Origin: an uncultured Armatimonadetes bacterium
Lineage (GTDB): Bacteria > Armatimonadota > UBA5829 > DTJY01
DNA length: 64,000 nucleotides
Assembly: GCA_963717145.1 (NCBI GenBank)
Contig: OY970325.1
Location: 3,328,001 to 3,392,000, forward strand
Direction of reading: 5' to 3'
Below are positions 58,509-64,000 of this stretch, piece after piece (the first letter of the stretch is position 1; every line of letters starts with the position of its first letter). The notes below the pieces were generated by a model. The model ran no database searches, was not told where the DNA came from, and saw only the letters and a list, made by a program, of their open reading frames with translations. The position numbers and the translations under genes were made by a program.

Positions 58509-58538
58509 TTGACTTATCCTGCGCGTTGGCGGTATACT
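58509..58538 (+). promoter_or_regulatory. Sigma70-type promoter of fba
   Basis: TTGACT-N18-TATACT; AAGGAG RBS. Confidence 0.6.
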
Positions 58539-58570
58539 AGTCGCACATCACACGGCAAGGAGATGCTCAA

Positions 58571-59526
58571 ATGATCGTCACCACCAAGGAGCTGTTCCAG
58601 CAGGCTTACGGCAAGTATGCCCTCGGCGCTTACAACATCAACAACGCCGAGCAGACCATGGGCCTCTTCCGCGGCTACCTGGACTCGCAAGGCGCCGTTC
58701 ATCATCCAGATTTCCAAGGGCGCGCGCTCGTACACCAACAAGCTCATGCTCGAAGGCATGATCCGCGCCGCCGATCGAGATCTTCCCGGATGCGATCTTC
58801 GCGGTCCATCTCGATCACGGCGACGAGGAGACCTGCTACGACTGCATCGAGTCCGGGTTCTACTCCTCGGTCATGATCGACGCCAGCCACGAGTCGTTCG
58901 ACGAGAACATCGCGACCACCAAGCGAGTCGTCGACGCGCGCCCACGCGAAGGGCATCAGCGTCGAGGCCGAACTCGGGCAGCTCGGCGGAGTCGAGGAGC
59001 ACGTCAGCGTTTCGGAGGACAAGGCTCACCTGACCGACCCGAAGCAGGCCGCGGAGTTCATCGAGCGCTCCGGCTGCGACAGCCTGGCGTGCGCGATCGG
59101 CACCAGCCACGGCGCGTTCAAGTTCTCCGGCTCGCCAGGGGCTGCACTTCGAGGTCGTCAAGGGTATCCAGGAGCTCGTGCCCGGCTTCCCGCTGGTGCT
59201 GCACGGCTCTTCGTCGGTCCCGCAGGACGAGGTCGAGCGGATCAACGCCGCCGGCGGCGCGCTCAAGGGCGCGAAGGGCGTCGACGCCAACGCAGTATCT
59301 GCCCGCCGCCAAGCTCGGCGTCTGCAAGATCAACATCGACACCGACGGCCGCCTGGTCTGGACGCGGGTCCACCGCGAGTTCTTCCGCGACAAGCCGGAG
59401 GTCTTCGACTTCCGCCCGGTCGGCAAGGTCTTCATGGACGAGTACGCCAAGTTCATCGCCAGCCGCAACGAGCTTCTCGGCTCCGCCGGCCAGCTCGACG
59501 AGGTGCGGACAGCAATCGGCAAGTAG
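58571..59526 (+). CDS. fba: Class II fructose-bisphosphate aldolase; several frameshifts
   Basis: [42 protein letters not shown] over several frames. Confidence 0.92.
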
Positions 59527-59541
59527 TTCGATAGCATTGTG

Positions 59542-59570
59542 GAGGGGCGGGGACATCCCCGCCCCTCTTG
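59542..59570 (+). terminator. Terminator-like hairpin after fba
   Basis: GAGGGGCGGG...CCCGCCCCTC followed by TT. Confidence 0.5.
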
Positions 59571-59688
59571 CGTCTGTGAGATCGGTCAGATCCCATTAGA
59601 TCGCCCAGCGACCGTCAGCCCTGAGTGTGCCGGGAACTCTGACCCCCGAATCTCGTCTAACCAAGTGTTACCTCATCCAGGTGAAAAC

Positions 59689-60615
59689 GTGATCGCAACC
59701 GTAACCCTTAATCCGGCGCTCGACAAGACCATCTATCTGGATCGTCTGCTACCCAATGACACCAATCGGATCAAGAAGATCGAGATGGACGTGGGCGGCA
59801 AGGGCGTTAACGCATCGCGGGTACTAAAGGAACTCGGCACTGAGACCGTCGCGCTCGGATTCCTGGGCGGTCGGACCGGACGCCAGATCGAGAACGAACT
59901 CAAGCACGATGGCGTCCCCACCGATTTCGTGTGGATCCCCGGCGAGACGCGCACCAACATTTCCGTCCAGGAGACATCCGGTGCGCCGCCCACAATGCTG
60001 AACGAACCGGGGCCGAATATCCCGGCGGGGAGTCTCGAGCGGCTCAAGGAGAAGATCTGCGCGGCGGCCCCGAAGGCGGACTTCCTCCTCTTCGGCGGCA
60101 GTCCGGCCCCCGGGGTGCCCGCGGACGTGTACTGCACGCTGGGCAAGTTGGCGATCGAGTGCGGCACGAGGGTCATCCTCGACAGCGACGGAGAGCCGAT
60201 GCGCCTGGGGATGGAATGCCGGCCGTTCATGATCAAGCCGAACAGGGACGAGGTCAGGCGCCTGGTGGGCATAGATATCAAGGATCTCGATGACGGCGCA
60301 AAGGCGCTTGGCGTTTTCCGGAACAAAGGGATCGATGTGGTGGTCATCTCTATGGGGGCAAAGGGAGCAATCGCCGGGAACGACGAGGGCGTCTGGTATG
60401 CCGTGCCCCCCGAGGTCAAGCCCGTGAGCACGATCGGCTCGGGCGATTCGATGGTGGCCGGGATCGCGCACATCCTGTCCCAGGGAGGCGACCTCGGCGA
60501 GGCGCTCCGATGGGGCTCGGCCGCCGGCGCCGCAACCGCGATGACCGACGGTACGGAGATCTGCAAGTGCCCGTTCACGTTGCTCGACCAGATCGATGTG
60601 CGGAAAATCGGGTGA
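59689..60615 (+). CDS. pfkB: 1-phosphofructokinase family hexose kinase
   Basis: TVTLNPALD, GGKGVNAS, IKPNRDE, STIGSGDSMVAG. Confidence 0.9.
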   Translation: MIATVTLNPALDKTIYLDRLLPNDTNRIKKIEMDVGGKGVNASRVLKELGTETVALGFLGGRTGRQIENELKHDGVPTDFVWIPGETRTNISVQETSGAPPTMLNEPGPNIPAGSLERLKEKICAAAPKADFLLFGGSPAPGVPADVYCTLGKLAIECGTRVILDSDGEPMRLGMECRPFMIKPNRDEVRRLVGIDIKDLDDGAKALGVFRNKGIDVVVISMGAKGAIAGNDEGVWYAVPPEVKPVSTIGSGDSMVAGIAHILSQGGDLGEALRWGSAAGAATAMTDGTEICKCPFTLLDQIDVRKIG

Positions 60616-60642
60616 GGGAATGGTTGATGGTAGATGGTTAAT

Positions 60643-61714
60643 TGTCCAGTCTCATGACATTATGAACACCGTGGGTTGAAAAGAAGGAGGTGCATGCGGT
60701 AGTCTCTTTGATGATCGCCAAACCAAAAAAGGAGACCACTCGCATGCAGATCCATTCTAACGCAACCAGCAATATGAAGCAACGGCGGTTTTTCAGGCAG
60801 AGTCCCAAGAGCTGCAGAAAGCTCGCAGATATCTGCCATGTATCGCCGGCAACAGTCTGCAAATGGAAGGCCCGGGGTGACCAGCAAGACCGCAGCAGTC
60901 GGCCCAGGAAGATCCATTATGCATTCAGCCCCGAAGAGGAGGAGATCATCCTCTCGCTCCGGGACAAAGGTCTAGCACTCGATGCACTGGTGCGTGCAGT
61001 AGTCACAGTTCTGCCGAATGCAGAACGCGCCAGTATACATCGCTTACTGAGCAGAAAAGGGGTGAGCAGACTCCCCCAGTACCAAAAAGAAAAGAGAGAA
61101 AGTCCAGGCAAGTTCAAAGAGTATCTGCCTGGATACCTTCACATAGACTGTTTCTACCTGCCCAAGATCGGGGGCAAGAGGAAGTATTGCTTCGTTGCGG
61201 TAGACAGAGCAACAAGGCTAGCCTTCCTCCAGGTGTACGACAACCTAACCAAGGAATCCGCAGTGGGCTTCCTTGGACTGTGCATGTGGTTCTATCCGTT
61301 CATGATCCACAAGATCCTGACAGACAACGGTAGAGAGTTCACTCTGGCCAATTGGAGCCGTTGGGGCAGTCCGGCGAAGAGACCTCACTTCTTTGATGAA
61401 GTATGCTCAGCCTGTGGTATTGAACACAGGCTCACCCGGCCGTATACACCAAAGACCAACGGTCTGGTGGAACGCATGAACGGACTGATCCAGGAGGGCA
61501 CGTACAAGATGCACAGATATCCTGGATATCCGGAGTTGATAGATGGACTCCACCAGTGGCTGACCATCTACAATCTAAGGAGACAGCACAGCGCGATCGG
61601 TGGCAAGACACCCTATGAGAAGGTCTGCGACTGGTACGCGCAAAGACCAGATCTGTTTATCAAAGAGCCTACCGACTTACTGAACTACCGTTCACAACGT
61701 GGTGGGACTTGACA
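60643..61714 (+). mobile_element. IS481-family insertion sequence
   Basis: TGT...ACA ends, 25 bp imperfect IR (TGTCCAGTCTCATGACATTATGAAC / TGTCAAGTCCCACCACGTTGTGAAC), GTTAAT duplicated at 60637-60642 and 61715-61720. Confidence 0.92.
60744..61712 (+). CDS. IS481 family transposase
   Basis: HSNA, DRSSRP, PGYLHID, ILTDNGREF, TRPYTPKTNGLVERMN. Confidence 0.93.
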   Translation: MQIHSNATSNMKQRRFFRQSPKSCRKLADICHVSPATVCKWKARGDQQDRSSRPRKIHYAFSPEEEEIILSLRDKGLALDALVRAVVTVLPNAERASIHRLLSRKGVSRLPQYQKEKRESPGKFKEYLPGYLHIDCFYLPKIGGKRKYCFVAVDRATRLAFLQVYDNLTKESAVGFLGLCMWFYPFMIHKILTDNGREFTLANWSRWGSPAKRPHFFDEVCSACGIEHRLTRPYTPKTNGLVERMNGLIQEGTYKMHRYPGYPELIDGLHQWLTIYNLRRQHSAIGGKTPYEKVCDWYAQRPDLFIKEPTDLLNYRSQRGGT

Positions 61715-61792
61715 GTTAATGGTTAAATGGCGGACGGGAAGCGGGTCTGCCATCAACCATTGACCATAAGGCATGACGAGTTAGGATAGTTT

Positions 61793-62119
61793 GTGGATAC
61801 ACGGGAACTCAAGAGACTCATAACGAAGGAGTTCGGCCACGGACTCGAACACGCCACTCCGGCCAACGTGCGTGACTTCCTCGACCGCATGGGGCTGAAC
61901 GTGATCAACCCGGAGGTCAAGGGAAGGATCATTCTCGAGGAACATGCCTCCTCGTACGAGGAGATCATCAAGGACTTCTTCGTGAAGGTGCTTGAACTGC
62001 CGAAGGACGAGGCGGTAATGCTCCTCTGGCTCCTCGCGTTCGACCTCACTTTCTCCGCCATTGAGCTACAGCACGAGGAGAAGCTCCGGACACTCTTCAA
62101 GGAACTCGAGGAGTCGTAG
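61793..62119 (+). CDS. Hypothetical protein
   Basis: 108 aa open frame with host-like codon usage. Confidence 0.7.
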   Translation: MDTRELKRLITKEFGHGLEHATPANVRDFLDRMGLNVINPEVKGRIILEEHASSYEEIIKDFFVKVLELPKDEAVMLLWLLAFDLTFSAIELQHEEKLRTLFKELEES

Positions 62120-62240
62120 GGGAGGCCTTCTACGGCCTCCCGTCCCGTCGTGGCGTTCAAGTCACCGGCGGCGGATCGGGACGGCGGCCGTTCCCTACAC
62201 GTGTCGCCGACAGCGGAACGGGACGGCGGCCGCTCCCCAC
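62116..62240. repeat. GTAG/GTGG-type REP cluster
   Basis: GTAGGGGAGGCCTTCTACGGCCTCCC and two CGGGACGGCGGCCG.TCCC.AC units. Confidence 0.7.
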
Positions 62241-62332
62241 TGATGCGATCCTCTGTTGCACCCACCCCACCCTTCCGATTATCATGGTACATAGGTGATG
62301 TCTCCCCATATCGAGGGGCGGGGGAATGGACT

Positions 62333-62358
62333 GAACTTTCATGCACATCATGCGTCAA
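62333..62358 (+). promoter_or_regulatory. ECF (sigmaE-type) autoregulatory promoter candidate
   Basis: GAACTT-N15-GTCAA immediately upstream of the ECF sigma gene. Confidence 0.6.
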
Positions 62359-62363
62359 CAAGT

Positions 62364-62984
62364 ATGGAAAATACGATCTGCGCTGAGAGGAGCGTGGGCC
62401 GATTGATCAGTGCAGATGCCGTCCTCGTGCTCAGATGCAAGGAAGGCGATCGCGAAGCCTTTGATGAGATCGTCACGAGATACAAAGACGGGATCTACAA
62501 CTACATCACGCGAATGATCTCCAATCGGGACGAGGTCGATGACCTGGCCCAGGAGGTCTTTGTTCGCGCCTATTCGGGCCTGAAGTCCTTTCGCCAGGAT
62601 TCGAACCTGCGCACGTGGCTGTACAGAATAGCCAGCAACTTGTGCATCGACCGATACCGACGGGCAGGTGTCGAAAAGAAGCTGATCGTCCCGCTCGAAC
62701 GCGAGCAGCCTGATGACGAAGGCTCCAGGGAGATGGACCTCCCGGACCGGACCTACGATCCGCAGTTGGTGTGCGAGCGGACCGAGCTTCAAGCGCAGGT
62801 GCAGAAGGCGCTCTCGAGGCTCCCGGATAAGCTGCGGACGACGATACTGCTTTACGACATGGAGGGCCTCTCATATGAAGAGATCGCGGAGGCGCTCGAA
62901 GTGCCGGTCGGAACGGTGAAGTCCCGGCTGTTCAATGCCCGGATGCAGTTGAGGAACTGGCTGAAGGCATACGTGGAAGGATGA
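62364..62984 (+). CDS. ECF RNA polymerase sigma factor (RpoE/SigW-like); start may be TTG at 62403
   Basis: DLAQEVFVRAY, LRTWLYRIASN, GLSYEEIA..VPVGTVKSRLFNAR. Confidence 0.95.
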   Translation: MENTICAERSVGRLISADAVLVLRCKEGDREAFDEIVTRYKDGIYNYITRMISNRDEVDDLAQEVFVRAYSGLKSFRQDSNLRTWLYRIASNLCIDRYRRAGVEKKLIVPLEREQPDDEGSREMDLPDRTYDPQLVCERTELQAQVQKALSRLPDKLRTTILLYDMEGLSYEEIAEALEVPVGTVKSRLFNARMQLRNWLKAYVEG

Positions 62985-62991
62985 TGCAAAC

Positions 62992-63501
62992 ATGAACTGC
63001 AATCAGTTTGCGAAGTATATAACCGATTACGTGGACGGAACGCTCGGCAAGGGCGTGGCAGGCGACATGGAGATGCACATGAATCTCTGCCCTGACTGCA
63101 ATTCGCTCGTCACGGAACTCGAGAACACGTCATCGCTGATACGATCGCTCGACCGGCTGACCGCGCCGGACGGGTTTGAGCAGGCGTTGAACGCTCGGAT
63201 CGCGTCCACACCGGCGTCCGATCCCAACGCGTCCCTGCGACGGCGGCTGTTCGGATGGCTCGTCGGGCCGGCTCGGCGGCCGCTCATTCTGCGCCCGGTG
63301 TTCACGGCGTTGCTGATCTGCCTGGCGTTCGTCGGCTCGGTGCTCGTACAGAAGACATATTTCGCCCAGCCCGACATGGACTGGGAGTACCTGGGAGAAC
63401 TCCAGGCGCAGCACGCATCCTATGCGTCCGCAAACCCGCTCGCTGACGATTCGGCAATCATCCTCACGGAGCGGGCGAGAGATCTGGGAGAAGAGCTGTA
63501 G
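62992..63501 (+). CDS. Zinc-finger (zf-HC2-like) membrane anti-sigma factor
   Basis: C...YVDG.L...HMNLCPDC, one TM segment. Confidence 0.85.
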   Translation: MNCNQFAKYITDYVDGTLGKGVAGDMEMHMNLCPDCNSLVTELENTSSLIRSLDRLTAPDGFEQALNARIASTPASDPNASLRRRLFGWLVGPARRPLILRPVFTALLICLAFVGSVLVQKTYFAQPDMDWEYLGELQAQHASYASANPLADDSAIILTERARDLGEEL

Positions 63502-63533
63502 CAAATGCGGAATGTATTTCTGAGTGAGATATT

Positions 63534-64000
63534 ATGAGGCTGAGACTGGCTCACATTTGGAATATCGGTCTGCTGATCTGCCTGACAGCGATGGCGGTCG
63601 GGGTTGCCCACGCCGAGATCGATCCCGTGACGATCCTGCGCAACATGCTCAATGCTGAGGGTACCGCCTCGTTTACCGCGTATCAGGTCACGACGATCTC
63701 CAGAGGGCCGGCCGTTACGTCCGAGCAGATCGTCTTTCGCCAGGGGTATCAGGGGATGCGCATGGAATACGAGTCGCCCCCGAAGCTCAAAGGCGAGGTC
63801 CTGGCTGACGACGGGCGTGTGAGCGCACACCTCATCCCCTCTCAGCGGGTCGTCAGGTTGCATCCGTCCAGGCTCCTGGTGCTCCGCCAGCGGACTGAAC
63901 AGGCCGCCCAGGCCCTGGCGAAGGGTCACCTGCGCGTCGAACTCGTAGGCAAAGACAAGATCGCGGACCAGACCGCCTACGTCCTGATCGTTAGACCACG
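63534..64000 (+). CDS. MucB/RseB-like (LolA-fold) secreted protein, truncated by the window end
   Basis: My translation: signal peptide, MRMEYESPPKLKGEVLADDG, LVGKDKIADQTAYVL; follows the sigma/anti-sigma pair. Confidence 0.75.
   Translation, partial: MRLRLAHIWNIGLLICLTAMAVGVAHAEIDPVTILRNMLNAEGTASFTAYQVTTISRGPAVTSEQIVFRQGYQGMRMEYESPPKLKGEVLADDGRVSAHLIPSQRVVRLHPSRLLVLRQRTEQAAQALAKGHLRVELVGKDKIADQTAYVLIVRP

Noticed and set aside
58571-59526. fba inactivated or recoded
   Set aside because: Scattered indels in a core glycolytic gene with conserved residues and no slippery site seen; most likely assembly error

Overview
GC-rich bacterial chromosomal window. The gene content (two large DUF6785-like membrane proteins, many secreted CAZyme-like proteins) suggests Armatimonadota; this is an inference. 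It carries housekeeping and stress genes (hcp with an Rrf2 regulator, nadE, radA-nadA-nadC-birA, ku-ligD, ndk, etfBA, hpf, fba, two PfkB kinases, an ECF sigma/anti-sigma/MucB-like trio), carbohydrate-active genes, and two complete IS elements with visible target duplications. Several genes are broken by small indels that look like assembly errors. The most unusual features lie outside ordinary gene calls: (1) a ~330 nt, highly structured, unassigned ncRNA candidate at ~43455-43785 with a SigB-type promoter and a terminator; (2) a dozen or more unrelated palindromic or tandem repeat families filling most intergenic spaces, some nested, some supplying stop codons, and three inserted in-frame in protein linkers; (3) a cargo gene bracketed by a duplicated 3' end of its neighbour; (4) a papain-like peptidase coupled to a stand-alone copy of its own N-terminal domain. 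No rRNA, tRNA or CRISPR array was recognised.
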